64,000 nt of DNA from a bacterium (GTDB lineage: Bacteria; Patescibacteriota; Saccharimonadia; Saccharimonadales; AWTP1-31): contig JAUHZB010000002.1 of the NCBI GenBank assembly GCA_030426125.1, positions 67,633 through 131,632 on the forward strand, in the 5' to 3' direction. The position numbers and the translations under genes were made by a program. Below the pieces are notes generated by a model. It worked only from the letters and a program-made list of their open reading frames with translations. It was not told where the DNA came from and did not search any database. This document shows positions 1-8,799 of the stretch, piece by piece (the stretch's first letter is position 1; each line of letters opens with the position of its first letter).

Positions 1-675
1 GAGCATCTGTACAATAGTATCGCTAGTAATTTTGGACTCGGTTCCAGCTATTTGATCAAGCAAGCTGATGCTATCGCGAAAACTACCATCACCATGACTA
101 GCTATTAATTGTAGGGCTGGCTCATCAATGTCTATTGATTCAGCGCTAGCTATGGTTTTTAAATGTCCAGCTAGACTATTTTCATCTATTGGTTTAAACG
201 TAAAGTGTTGAGTTCGGCTAATTATTGTATCTGGAAGTTTATGAGCCTCGGTAGTGGCTAAGATGAAGATTGCATGTTTTGGCGGTTCCTCCAAGGTTTT
301 TAATAAGGCATTAAAGGCTTCTCTGGTTAACATATGAACTTCATCGATGATGTAGACTTTATATTCTACTTGTGATGGTAAGACATTTACTTTGTCGCGT
401 AGTTCACGGATTTCTTCAATCCGGCGGTTGCTGGCAGCGTCAATTTCAATAATGTCTAGATGATTAGCCGATTCATCATATTCGATCTTATTTATTTCAT
501 GAGCCAAAATTCTGGCAATACTAGTTTTCCCGACGCCTCTTGGACCAGTTAGTAGATAGGCATGGCTTAGAGAGCCACTAGCTATAGCGTTACTAAGCGT
601 AGTAGTAATATGTTCTTGGCCAACAATCTCGCCGAGTTTTTTTGGCCTATATTTTCGGTATAATGCTTGCCCCAT
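1..675 (-). CDS. dnaX: DNA polymerase III subunit gamma/tau (5' part; runs off the window edge)
   Basis: Manual translation from ATG 675: MGQALYRKYRP...GPRGVGKT (Walker A)...EIDAASN...IIDEVHML...AFNALLKTLEEPP. Confidence 0.96.
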   Translation of the reverse strand, partial: MGQALYRKYRPKKLGEIVGQEHITTTLSNAIASGSLSHAYLLTGPRGVGKTSIARILAHEINKIEYDESANHLDIIEIDAASNRRIEEIRELRDKVNVLPSQVEYKVYIIDEVHMLTREAFNALLKTLEEPPKHAIFILATTEAHKLPDTIISRTQHFTFKPIDENSLAGHLKTIASAESIDIDEPALQLIASHGDGSFRDSISLLDQIAGTESKITSDTIVQML

Positions 676-805
676 CTAATAATAAGCTAGCCACTGGCAA
701 CCAGCTTTATCCTCCTTGTCGTTATCTTATTATACGATGGATACTTAGCTCGACACAAATAAGATAGACAATTACAACAGTGCTTATCTATCTATCTCTA
801 AGATC

Positions 806-1315
806 TTATAGTGCAGCTTCTAGCGCAGCCCATTCAGTATTATCGTCATCCTCAGGGATGTTGATACTGACCTGATCACCTGGCTTGGCTTTAAAGTAAG
901 TTACGCTGGCTAGTAGCACTCGATATGATCTTTCACCGACAATAACAAAGTAATGACCATCTTTTAGTTCTAGATTTCCAACAACTTGTTTTCTTGGTAT
1001 TGGACCGATTTGCTTATAAAGGAAAGTGCCATCATCAGCGATGGTTAATTTGAGGATATCACCTTGGACTAACTTAGATTTAGAGGCATAGTTGGCTGGT
1101 ACTGGATACATTTTGCCGTCAGATCCAACCATGTTCTGGCCGTCAAAGACACCTTCGACAGACTTGCCGAGGTTGTCATCTTTAGCATGAGTAACAATAT
1201 TAGGATCTTCACCAACTAAACTAATCAGCAACTCTTTAACAGCTGCTAGGCTGGTTTCTGCTTCTTGAATTAAACTGCGCATTCTTTTTATTTGTTTTTC
1301 TGGTACGTCTGCCAT
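806..1315 (-). CDS. Hypothetical protein (N-terminal helical region plus beta-rich C-terminus); probable start MADVPEK at 1315
   Basis: ORF track; AAGGA SD precedes ATG 1315; GVFDGQNM...YPVPANYASKSKL resembles a CPR hypothetical family recalled from memory. Confidence 0.7.
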   Translation of the reverse strand: MADVPEKQIKRMRSLIQEAETSLAAVKELLISLVGEDPNIVTHAKDDNLGKSVEGVFDGQNMVGSDGKMYPVPANYASKSKLVQGDILKLTIADDGTFLYKQIGPIPRKQVVGNLELKDGHYFVIVGERSYRVLLASVTYFKAKPGDQVSINIPEDDDNTEWAALEAAL

Positions 1316-1438
1316 TTTTGTATCCTTTTGTTTCTCCGTTAGTCCTCTTTTTAGTATTGTCTCATCAACACTTAACATAAAAATATCACGAATAGTTAAA
1401 CGTGTCAAAAATGCAAGAGCTAAGGCTGTGGATAAACT

Positions 1439-1467
1439 AAAACAGAGACCCGGAAACAGGTCTCTGT
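1439..1467 (-). terminator. Intrinsic terminator after rplL
   Basis: ACAGAGACC-TGTTTCCGG-GTCTCTGT hairpin followed by T residues on the minus strand. Confidence 0.75.
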
Positions 1468-1516
1468 AATTTAGTGTTTCTTGTCTTAGAAGATCGTAAT
1501 CTTTTCTAAAATAAGA

Positions 1517-1900
1517 TTAAGCTAATTCTACGCTACAACCAGCATCTTCTAGAGATTTCTTAGCTGCTTCAGCGTCTTCTTTCTTAGCTTTTTCTAGAAT
1601 AGTCTTAGGAGCGCCGTCTACTAGAGCTTTTGCTTCACCAAGGCCTAGACCAGTGATTTCTTTAACAGCTTTAATAGCTGCTACTTTTTGTGAACCAGCG
1701 TCTTTTAGGACTACGTCGTATTCACTTTTCTCTTCTGCAGCTGCACCAGCGGCGTCATCGCCACCAGCTGGACCAGCTACGGCAACAGCAGCAGCTGCTG
1801 GTTCAATTCCGTATTCGTCTTTTAGTATGTTTCCTAGTTCGTTAACTTCAAGTACAGTTAGACCAACTAGTTGTTCTGCAAATTTCTTTAAGTCTGCCAT
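1517..1900 (-). CDS. rplL: 50S ribosomal protein bL12 (L7/L12)
   Basis: [17 protein letters not shown] hinge, [20 protein letters not shown]. Confidence 0.97.
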   Translation of the reverse strand: MADLKKFAEQLVGLTVLEVNELGNILKDEYGIEPAAAAVAVAGPAGGDDAAGAAAEEKSEYDVVLKDAGSQKVAAIKAVKEITGLGLGEAKALVDGAPKTILEKAKKEDAEAAKKSLEDAGCSVELA

Positions 1901-1915
1901 TATTTATTCCTTTCG

Positions 1916-2440
1916 TTAATTGGAGGCTTTGGCCTCTAGGCTTTGTAATATTCCGTGTAAGTTTCCATTTAGGCCACTAAGCGCATTGTTCATTGGAGAA
2001 TTTAGCAGGTTAATAATACCAGCAACAATTTCGTTCTTGCTTGGAAGTTTAGCTAGAGCGCTAACTTCTTCAGCGGTCATGAACTTGCCTTCAGCACTAA
2101 AGCCACCTACAAATTGTAAGCTTTTGTTGGTTTTAGCGAACTCGGCTAATGATTTAGCTGGAGCTACTTCGTCTTTATCGTTAAAGGCATAAACTAACTG
2201 ACCGTTTAATTGGCTAGTATCGGCGTCTTTTAGAGTTTCATTACTCTGGATAGCCTTAATTACTAGACGGTTCTTTATGACTTTAACAGTAGTTCCCTCA
2301 GCTTTGGCATCTTTGCGCAATGCTTGCATGGCTTTAACAGTAGTTCCTGGATAGGAAGCGACAACTGTCATTTTGGAATCTTCTAGAAGCTGTTTAACAT
2401 CTTCTATTACTGATTGTTTCTTATCTTTTGTAAGAGCCAT
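1916..2440 (-). CDS. rplJ: 50S ribosomal protein uL10
   Basis: VIKNRL, LAKLPSK motifs; directly upstream of rplL. Confidence 0.95.
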   Translation of the reverse strand: MALTKDKKQSVIEDVKQLLEDSKMTVVASYPGTTVKAMQALRKDAKAEGTTVKVIKNRLVIKAIQSNETLKDADTSQLNGQLVYAFNDKDEVAPAKSLAEFAKTNKSLQFVGGFSAEGKFMTAEEVSALAKLPSKNEIVAGIINLLNSPMNNALSGLNGNLHGILQSLEAKASN

Positions 2441-2489
2441 TAAATGTCCTTATTAGGGTTTTATTGTTTGTCAACTCGACCTGATTGAC

Positions 2490-2639
2490 TCGTTACCGCT
2501 ACGTCTGTAGCGCAAGTCTGAAACAAATGTTTCTACCTAGGTAGCTGATTAAGTAATATTAATTTTTAAAAATTTATATCACGGCTACGGTCTTTGGTAA
2601 CGATGGAGGTATTTTACCTCTGTTGGGGTGGTTTGTCAA
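2490..2639 (-). promoter_or_regulatory. sigma70 promoter plus L10 leader (autogenous L10-L12 binding RNA)
   Basis: TTGACA(2639-2634)-N17-TAAAAT(2616-2611); then AAGACCGTAG...TTAA...CTACCTAGG core as in L10 leaders, enclosed by a TCGTTACC/GGTAACGA stem. Confidence 0.8.
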
Positions 2640-2670
2640 TATACTCAGTTGTAATTATTTATGGATTGTT

Positions 2671-4194
2671 TTACAAGAATAATTCTATACTCTCTGAATC
2701 GACTTTGTGGTACTCATAATTAGTAGCTTTTAAAGATTCTTTTAATTCTGACCAGTCATTTCCCCTAAAGCCAATTAGTACCCGGCCTTTATCGGCACCT
2801 AGTCCGCGGTAATGGAACAAGCTGATGCTCCATTTCTGACTAATGGTGTCTAGGAACTTTAGCAACGCCCCTGGTTTCTCTGGAAAATTGACTTCCAGTA
2901 TCATCTCTTGATTTTTATCTTTACTTGGGCCACCAACCATATGTCTGATATGCTCTTTGGCAATTTCATCCAGGGTTAGATCATAGTAATTGTATCGATG
3001 CTTTGTTAGGTTAGCGATTAATTGGTTCTTGTCTTCTGCTTGATTTAAGTTAATCCCGATTAGTATAACTGCTTTGTCCTTGGTTGACTGGCTGGCTTTA
3101 TAGCGGTAGCTAAATTCACTAATTGAAAAACCATTAATTACGTCAAGACAAAGTTTTCTCAGGCTCCCGGCTTTTTCTGGTAGCTCAATAGCAAACAAAG
3201 CTTCTTTGCCGCTACCTATAAGTGTTCGCTCGGCTATGAACTGGAGCCTTTCAAAAGTCATGTTGGCTCCAGATAAAATACAGGCCACTTGCTTATTCTT
3301 CTCGGATTTAAGTTCAGAAAAGTATTTTGTGGCCCCAGCTACTGACAGAGCTCCAGCCGGCTCCACAATTGCTCGACTGTCTTCAAAGATTGCTTTAATG
3401 GCGGCACAGACTTGATCTACACTGACCGTGATTATTTCATCTACATATTGTTTGGCTAGTTGGTAAGTTAAGTCCCCAACTTGCTTAACTGCTACACCGT
3501 CAGCAAAAATACCGACATGGTCTAGCTGTAGTCTTTTATTTGTCGCAAGTGACTGTTGCATGGCATTACTGTCAGCCGGCTCAACGCCTATTACTTTTAT
3601 ATCTGGTCTCTTCTTTTTAACGTATTCTGCGACTCCAGCGATTAGTCCTCCGCCACCAACGGGGACGAAAATATAGTCAAGATCTGGGTGTTGCTCTAAG
3701 AGTTCTTTGGCTACCGTGGCTTGTCCATCAATAACCATACGGTCATCAAAGGGATGAATAAAAGTCATAGGACTGGCTTTCATTAGTTCTTGGCATTTTG
3801 CGTAGGCCTCGGAATAGTTATCGCCACTTAAGACTACTTTAGCCCCGTAGCTTTTTACAGCTTCAACTTTAATACTCGGCGTTGTTTCAGGCATCACTAT
3901 TACTGCTGGAATATCTAATTCCTTGGCACTTAAGGCCACGCCCTGAGCATGGTTGCCAGCACTGGCTGCAATTACTCCGGCCTTTTTCTGCTGATCACCC
4001 AGCGAAGCTATTTTGTTGTAGGCTCCTCTAATCTTGAAAGAGTGTATAGGCTGTAAGTCTTCACGCTTGAAATTTATTGATTGGCCAAGCTGCAAGCTTA
4101 GTTTGTTGACTTTTTGTAAGGGTGTTCTACTAACTAAATCATAAAAGCTCGGGTGAACTTTTAGAGCCGATTGTTGGGTCGATTGTTTTTTCAT
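2671..4194 (-). CDS. ilvA: Threonine ammonia-lyase, biosynthetic long form with C-terminal regulatory domains
   Basis: KREDLQPIHSFKIRGAYN (PLP lysine), ASAGNHAQG, VGGGGL, SGAN, two LPE/FPEKPG ACT-like repeats, HIRHMVGG. Confidence 0.95.
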   Translation of the reverse strand: MKKQSTQQSALKVHPSFYDLVSRTPLQKVNKLSLQLGQSINFKREDLQPIHSFKIRGAYNKIASLGDQQKKAGVIAASAGNHAQGVALSAKELDIPAVIVMPETTPSIKVEAVKSYGAKVVLSGDNYSEAYAKCQELMKASPMTFIHPFDDRMVIDGQATVAKELLEQHPDLDYIFVPVGGGGLIAGVAEYVKKKRPDIKVIGVEPADSNAMQQSLATNKRLQLDHVGIFADGVAVKQVGDLTYQLAKQYVDEIITVSVDQVCAAIKAIFEDSRAIVEPAGALSVAGATKYFSELKSEKNKQVACILSGANMTFERLQFIAERTLIGSGKEALFAIELPEKAGSLRKLCLDVINGFSISEFSYRYKASQSTKDKAVILIGINLNQAEDKNQLIANLTKHRYNYYDLTLDEIAKEHIRHMVGGPSKDKNQEMILEVNFPEKPGALLKFLDTISQKWSISLFHYRGLGADKGRVLIGFRGNDWSELKESLKATNYEYHKVDSESIELFL

Positions 4195-4553
4195 AGTTTC
4201 TCAGCCACTGCCTCAATTTCCACCAATAGTTTATTATCTGCAACTCTAGGAAGTTCCTTAACACCAACGGTACTACGAGCTGGTCTACTTCCACTAGCCT
4301 CAAAAACTTCGGCGTAGACTTTATTCATAGCTTCAAAATCTTCAATATTGACTAAATAGACGGTTACTTTAATTACCTTAGATAAATCTGAGCCAGCTTG
4401 TTTAAGAACATCAGTTAGGTTTTGCAGGGCAAGTGTTGTTTGCTCGGTTATATTTTCTGGTGCTTTGCCTTCCTTAGCTCCAACTTGGCCAGCACTAAAT
4501 ACTAGATTTTTGCTATCTTGGTAACTTGCGTATGGTCCGTAAGTTTTTGGCAT
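4191..4553 (-). CDS. ridA: RidA/YjgF family enamine/imine deaminase; probable start MPKTYGPY at 4553
   Basis: GPY, SAGQV, KVTVYL, MNKVY, RPARSTV, VEIEAVA; AAGGAG SD; ATGA overlap with ilvA. Confidence 0.9.
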   Translation of the reverse strand: MPKTYGPYASYQDSKNLVFSAGQVGAKEGKAPENITEQTTLALQNLTDVLKQAGSDLSKVIKVTVYLVNIEDFEAMNKVYAEVFEASGSRPARSTVGVKELPRVADNKLLVEIEAVAEKL

Positions 4554-4600
4554 AGTTCTCCTTTCAATATTTGGTTTATTCTTGCTAGCTAAACTAGCTA

Positions 4601-4632
4601 AACAAAAAAGACCTCTGCTTGGTAGAGAGGTC
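4601..4632 (-). terminator. Attenuator terminator of the ridA-ilvA leader
   Basis: GACCTCT-CTACCAAGC-AGAGGTC-TTTTTTGTT. Confidence 0.85.
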
Positions 4633-4656
4633 GTTTTATAAGACAATTAGCGACAT

Positions 4657-4707
4657 CTACCGCGTAAGCGGGTCAATAATGTCAATAATTGCTACTATTT
4701 TGTTCAT
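4657..4707 (-). CDS. Ile-rich attenuation leader peptide MNKIVAIIDIIDPLTR (16 aa)
   Basis: ATG AAC AAA ATA GTA GCA ATT ATT GAC ATT ATT GAC CCG CTT ACG CGG TAG; promoter TTGACA(4743-4738)-N16-TAATAT(4721-4716). Confidence 0.85.
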   Translation of the reverse strand: MNKIVAIIDIIDPLTR

Positions 4708-4739
4708 ACCTTAAGATATTACTCTTTGTTCTGGCTCTG

Positions 4740-5012
4740 TCAAGACAGTCGCCGTTGCTCAATGGTAAGTGGCTGAATATCTTGGTTGTAGTCGTCAGTT
4801 TTAAAAGGATGACCATCACGCCCACTGGCTAGGTGTTCACCAATTATTCTTAGTTCTGGTATTGTGCTGGCCAGATAATTTGAAATTTCCGGACAAACTA
4901 TTCGACCTGGATTAGATTCAGTTTGTATTGGTCTTTCCGGTACTTCGTCTAATCCAAAAGGATCGACTTCGCTAGTTCTCCAACCTAACCAACCATCAGG
5001 ATTTGCTTTCAT
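4740..5012 (-). CDS. Hypothetical protein (probable start MKANPDG)
   Basis: ORF track; AAGGAG SD before ATG 5012; no recognisable motif. Confidence 0.5.
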   Translation of the reverse strand: MKANPDGWLGWRTSEVDPFGLDEVPERPIQTESNPGRIVCPEISNYLASTIPELRIIGEHLASGRDGHPFKTDDYNQDIQPLTIEQRRLS

Positions 5013-5061
5013 CTTTCTTTGCTCCTTTATTCTTATCAATTATTATCTTATCTGAATTATT

Positions 5062-5355
5062 CTAGATGCCTTGGCTTAATGGATCTATAGTTCTAGTACT
5101 TTGGATATCACTACTCTGTGTTTGCTGTAATGCTTCATCGATTGGCGTAGCAGTCATTGAGTAGCCAACTTCACTATCATGAATTAACTCTAATACAACA
5201 GTTGGTCCAACAATTATCCCTTTATTAGCTAATGTTTGATATACCTCAGTAATAACCTCACCGCTATAATCTTGTCCATTAAAATAGACATCTTCAGCTA
5301 TCTCTTCGAAGATTATTGGGTATTTTCGTTCTAATTGTTCAATGTCTTGGCTCAT
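5062..5355 (-). CDS. Hypothetical acidic protein
   Basis: ORF track; AAAGGA SD. Confidence 0.6.
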   Translation of the reverse strand: MSQDIEQLERKYPIIFEEIAEDVYFNGQDYSGEVITEVYQTLANKGIIVGPTVVLELIHDSEVGYSMTATPIDEALQQTQSSDIQSTRTIDPLSQGI

Positions 5356-5373
5356 TAAATATTCCTTTAAGTT

Positions 5374-5458
5374 AAAATTCAGGCTATTGAAGCCTGAACT
5401 ATGTGGGCTGTGTTGGCGTTAGTAACGCTCAGGCTTCAATATATTTTGGACACAGCCC
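5374..5458 (-). promoter_or_regulatory. Candidate attenuator with alternative hairpins
   Basis: Terminator-like TTCAGGCT-TCAAT-AGCCTGAA-TTTT; perfect 13-bp alternative pairing 5429-5441 with 5385-5397; 9-bp pairing 5450-5458 with 5405-5413. Confidence 0.65.
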
Positions 5459-5542
5459 TTTAAGATTAAGAATATCTAAAACCAGCAGCAGATTATTGCT
5501 TCCGTACGCGACGATCCGATTAGCTGTTGCTGTGTTATGCAT
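5429..5542 (-). CDS. Candidate Leu-rich leader peptide MHNTATANRIVAYGSNNLLLVLDILNLKGLCPKYIEA (37 aa)
   Basis: ATG lies 7 nt after TG-C-TATAAC (-10, 5555-5550), with TTGCGG -35 at 17 nt; 7 Leu in 13 codons; stop codon lies inside the antiterminator strand. Confidence 0.6.
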   Translation of the reverse strand: MHNTATANRIVAYGSNNLLLVLDILNLKGLCPKYIEA

Positions 5543-5601
5543 CAGTACTGTTATAGCACGACGTTTAATCGACCGCAATAGCTAATAGAAAGCCTACTTC
5601 G

Positions 5602-7929
5602 CTAATTTATTTGCTGAAGTTTGAACTGGGTATATTTTTCAGCTGCAAGTCTGGTTAGTTCGGCGTCTTCGGAGGTGTTAACAAAACGCATCGCTTCAGC
5701 CAGCATTGGGTGTTGCTCGGCCAGCTTTTGATGCATCTGCATTACGAGTTTACGGTATCCGGGGTGGCCTTGAGGGCTAGTTCTTAGTTCATGCAGATGG
5801 AATGCTTCACGGGCATTGTAGGTTATCTTCCAGCGCATTTTATGCCCAAGTAAAGTAGCGTACTGTGCTTCGATCTCGTATCCAGCACTTATTAACTGGC
5901 TATGCAGGTTGAGGCTTAGGTCGAAGCAATCTTGGAATAGTTCTTCTAGTCCAGCTTCCTCTACTAGTTCTGGAACTTCATAACCATAGCGAGGGGTCAA
6001 TGCTTGCCACTCTAGATCATCAACCATTCTGTGTCGTTGTAGGTCTCTAAATATTCCGTAGTCGCACATTAGATCCCAGCTATAGTGAGCTTTTTCTAAA
6101 GCTCGACCCGGTTTGTGACGACGATTTAATCTTTCACCCATGTATTTATTAAATACTTCAGTTTTTTGCTTATAGCTCCATTTACTTACTTCCTGCTCTA
6201 TTTCAGCTAATGAAAGATGGCTGTGTTCATAGAGCATGTCCGGTAGTAGGTCTAGCTCGTTCTTTGGCCAGCAATCACTTAAGACCACTGCTTCATCCTG
6301 TTGACCATAATTTGGAGGTAGGTATTTATCGGCAACCTCTTGCATAGCCGAGTGGGTGTTGGCTCGGTAAGCAATTATGGCTCCGCCACGATCTGGTCGG
6401 TCGGCTCGCTCTAGGAAGGTTGGAATAATCTTCCGGGCTTCTTGCAGTAGTCGGTCTCCAGTCTGGACTGCTTCTGGTAGCTTATCGCTTTGCAGGTGCA
6501 TAATTAAACTTTCTAGAGCTTGACCTGAGGCGTAGATACCAACTGTAGCTTTAGTGGCTACCGGCAACACTGGCCTGATAGCATCACAGGCTTGGGCTCT
6601 AGTGGCACCTTTCCAAGCGATATCTTGCTCTTCTTTTGGGGTGCTAGAGTTACTTCGTACATAGTCGGTTAATTTTCTAACCATTTCAGAGTATTTGTCG
6701 AAAATGGTGTCCATTGTTTTAACGTAGCTTTGCTTAATGTCTTCGCTGAAGTGATCCGGCACTAGGTATTTATATTTGCCATCTTTATCTTTCTGATCAA
6801 AGTAGATATAGCGAGTCGATTGTTCTAGGTAAGCTGCTAATCTTCCCCACTCTAGTTTCTTGGTTAGTAGGTTAGATGCATTTTCAACTACCAGGTGGAT
6901 ACCAACTAATTGTTGAACGGAATCATCGCCGTAAGCAGTAATTACTCTTTGCAGTAGCTTTTCATCCTTAGAGGTTTTTCCGGCGAATTCATCAAGCAGG
7001 GTTATACGCATATCGTCACCACGACGACTTAGTCTAGCCATGGCGGCGGCTATCATGGTGGTGCTTAGATTGTCAGTGAAAGCATAGACATTGTCTTGAT
7101 TATTGGTCACAGATTTGTTTAAGAATTGCTCACCGGCAGTGGTAATAGTGTATTCACCAGTGCTGGCTTTTAGTAGTAACGGTCCTTGGTTATCTTCTGC
7201 TATTTTCGACTTTTCTTTAGTTGGTAGTATTGGCAAAACAGTCTCCCATAGTAAGTTATTAATTGTTTCAATATCTAATAATTCTCCGCCTCGTACGCAA
7301 TCGATTTGCTGGAAGTCTTCGGGGAACATGCTACATAGATCATCATATACCTGTACAGACTTAGTTAGGTGGTTAAGATCAGCTTCGTGGATGTCACGTT
7401 TTTTATCGGTGTAATCACGTTTTTCTTTTTGATCAACCAGCTTTTGGGCTGTTTCAGCCGGTACTCGAAGCACAATATTGCGATCTGGCCTAGGGATCTT
7501 TAGCATTTCAAACTCAAGGTTATCTAGCCAAATAAAGTAGCCTTTTCTTTCCTGCTGGTTATTGAACTTAGTTCCTTGATGAGCCATGTTACTGCCAGTA
7601 AAGCGATTGGCCAAAACAATATGGCCTTTATCCAGTGCGGCTCGTATTTCGGGCGCTGCTTGGTAGCGATCTAAGGCATAGAACAAAGAGCCGGTGTAGG
7701 GTCCGACCTCTTCAGCGGTGCCGTATTTAGCATTTAAATACTCCCGGACAAAGAAACTAGATTCGTTTTGGTACTGTGGGAAGTCAAAAACAGACACTGG
7801 AAAGCCATTATCCTCCAAGCGTTTTTTTAGCAGTTTAAACTGAGTGCCCTTTCCGGAACCATCAGTTCCTTCAATAACTATGAACACTCCGTTGTCTTTG
7901 TTGTCGTTGGTTTGACTATTTTGCTTCAT
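5602..7929 (-). CDS. tmk-thyX: Thymidylate kinase fused to FAD-dependent thymidylate synthase (tandem ThyX-like domains)
   Basis: N-terminus EGTDGSGKGTQ P-loop, FPQY, YALDR, NRF; C-terminus EQSTRY, RDLQRHRM, ELRT. Confidence 0.85.
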   Translation of the reverse strand: MKQNSQTNDNKDNGVFIVIEGTDGSGKGTQFKLLKKRLEDNGFPVSVFDFPQYQNESSFFVREYLNAKYGTAEEVGPYTGSLFYALDRYQAAPEIRAALDKGHIVLANRFTGSNMAHQGTKFNNQQERKGYFIWLDNLEFEMLKIPRPDRNIVLRVPAETAQKLVDQKEKRDYTDKKRDIHEADLNHLTKSVQVYDDLCSMFPEDFQQIDCVRGGELLDIETINNLLWETVLPILPTKEKSKIAEDNQGPLLLKASTGEYTITTAGEQFLNKSVTNNQDNVYAFTDNLSTTMIAAAMARLSRRGDDMRITLLDEFAGKTSKDEKLLQRVITAYGDDSVQQLVGIHLVVENASNLLTKKLEWGRLAAYLEQSTRYIYFDQKDKDGKYKYLVPDHFSEDIKQSYVKTMDTIFDKYSEMVRKLTDYVRSNSSTPKEEQDIAWKGATRAQACDAIRPVLPVATKATVGIYASGQALESLIMHLQSDKLPEAVQTGDRLLQEARKIIPTFLERADRPDRGGAIIAYRANTHSAMQEVADKYLPPNYGQQDEAVVLSDCWPKNELDLLPDMLYEHSHLSLAEIEQEVSKWSYKQKTEVFNKYMGERLNRRHKPGRALEKAHYSWDLMCDYGIFRDLQRHRMVDDLEWQALTPRYGYEVPELVEEAGLEELFQDCFDLSLNLHSQLISAGYEIEAQYATLLGHKMRWKITYNAREAFHLHELRTSPQGHPGYRKLVMQMHQKLAEQHPMLAEAMRFVNTSEDAELTRLAAEKYTQFKLQQIN

Positions 7930-7970
7930 TGATTAACCTTTCCCCACCGGTTGTTGCTGGTGAGTTTGGA

Positions 7971-8684
7971 TTAATCACCTCGGAGTCCTTTAATTTTTGT
8001 TGGTTTGGAGCGTTTGTCTAGGTAGGCTTTAGGTAGCATTAATTCCGGCTTCCAGTTCTTTATAAGGTCTTTTAGTTCTGTACCGGATTGGTATTTTCCG
8101 CTAAATCCGCTGTCTCTTCCCTGACCATAGCTACCTTCAACTTCGCCTGTTTCATAAAAAACAGCTTGAGCGATTCGCTCACCAACTGGTAACAGCACTG
8201 TTTTGTGTTGGTTTAGGTTGAAGACTTCCAGGGTAAGTCGGTTAATATAGCCAGGGTCTATCCAGCCAGCGTCAAAGCAAACTGCGATTCCATTTCTTCC
8301 CCAACTGGAGCGTGATTTAATTTCGCAGGCTCCGGGAGGCAGAATGCCAAAGAACTCATGAGTATGAGCTAGTATTCTTTCTCCAGGACGCAAAGGAATG
8401 ACCGGATGGTCACCAGGTATCCCTTTGAGAAGTTTATGGCCATTGTTGTCGCACCACTCTTTGTGGGTGACGGCCTTGTGCGGTCCATCGAAGTATTTGT
8501 TGACCGATGCTTCATCAAAAGGGTTGTAGATGGTGTTTTCTCCCACCCTATCAGTACGGTAGTAATAGTAGCCAAGAGTGACGTCCAGGCTGGCCTGACT
8601 TACTTGTTTAGCATTAAATGGTTCACAGATAATATGGCCATCTTTTAAGGCCTGACGAATCTGGATATTGCTGTATACTCCCAA
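7971..8684 (-). CDS. dcd: dCTP deaminase (probable TTG start at 8684)
   Basis: ASLDVTLG, SRSSWGRNG, AGWIDPGY, LTLEVFN, GERIAQ, GKYQ; GGAGGGAG SD. Confidence 0.88.
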   Translation of the reverse strand: MGVYSNIQIRQALKDGHIICEPFNAKQVSQASLDVTLGYYYYRTDRVGENTIYNPFDEASVNKYFDGPHKAVTHKEWCDNNGHKLLKGIPGDHPVIPLRPGERILAHTHEFFGILPPGACEIKSRSSWGRNGIAVCFDAGWIDPGYINRLTLEVFNLNQHKTVLLPVGERIAQAVFYETGEVEGSYGQGRDSGFSGKYQSGTELKDLIKNWKPELMLPKAYLDKRSKPTKIKGLRGD

Positions 8685-8799
8685 AACTGACTCCCTCCGT
8701 AATCTTCCATACATTGTACGAAGTTTTAGCGTTTAGGACAAACAAAATGGCTAATATTACATCACATTTTATGCCTAAAGAATCAGTGTAGTGATCTGC

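Noticed and set aside
676..805. Possible SRP RNA (ffs) upstream of dnaX
   Set aside because: No SRP helix-8 motif (CAGG...GNRA...AGCA) is visible.
4554..4646. N-terminal extension of RidA in the ORF track
   Set aside because: It runs through the attenuator terminator; the SD and family start fit ATG 4553.
5403..5585. 60-aa plus-strand ORF
   Set aside because: Antisense to the Leu-rich leader, with no SD or promoter seen; the minus-strand reading explains the region better.
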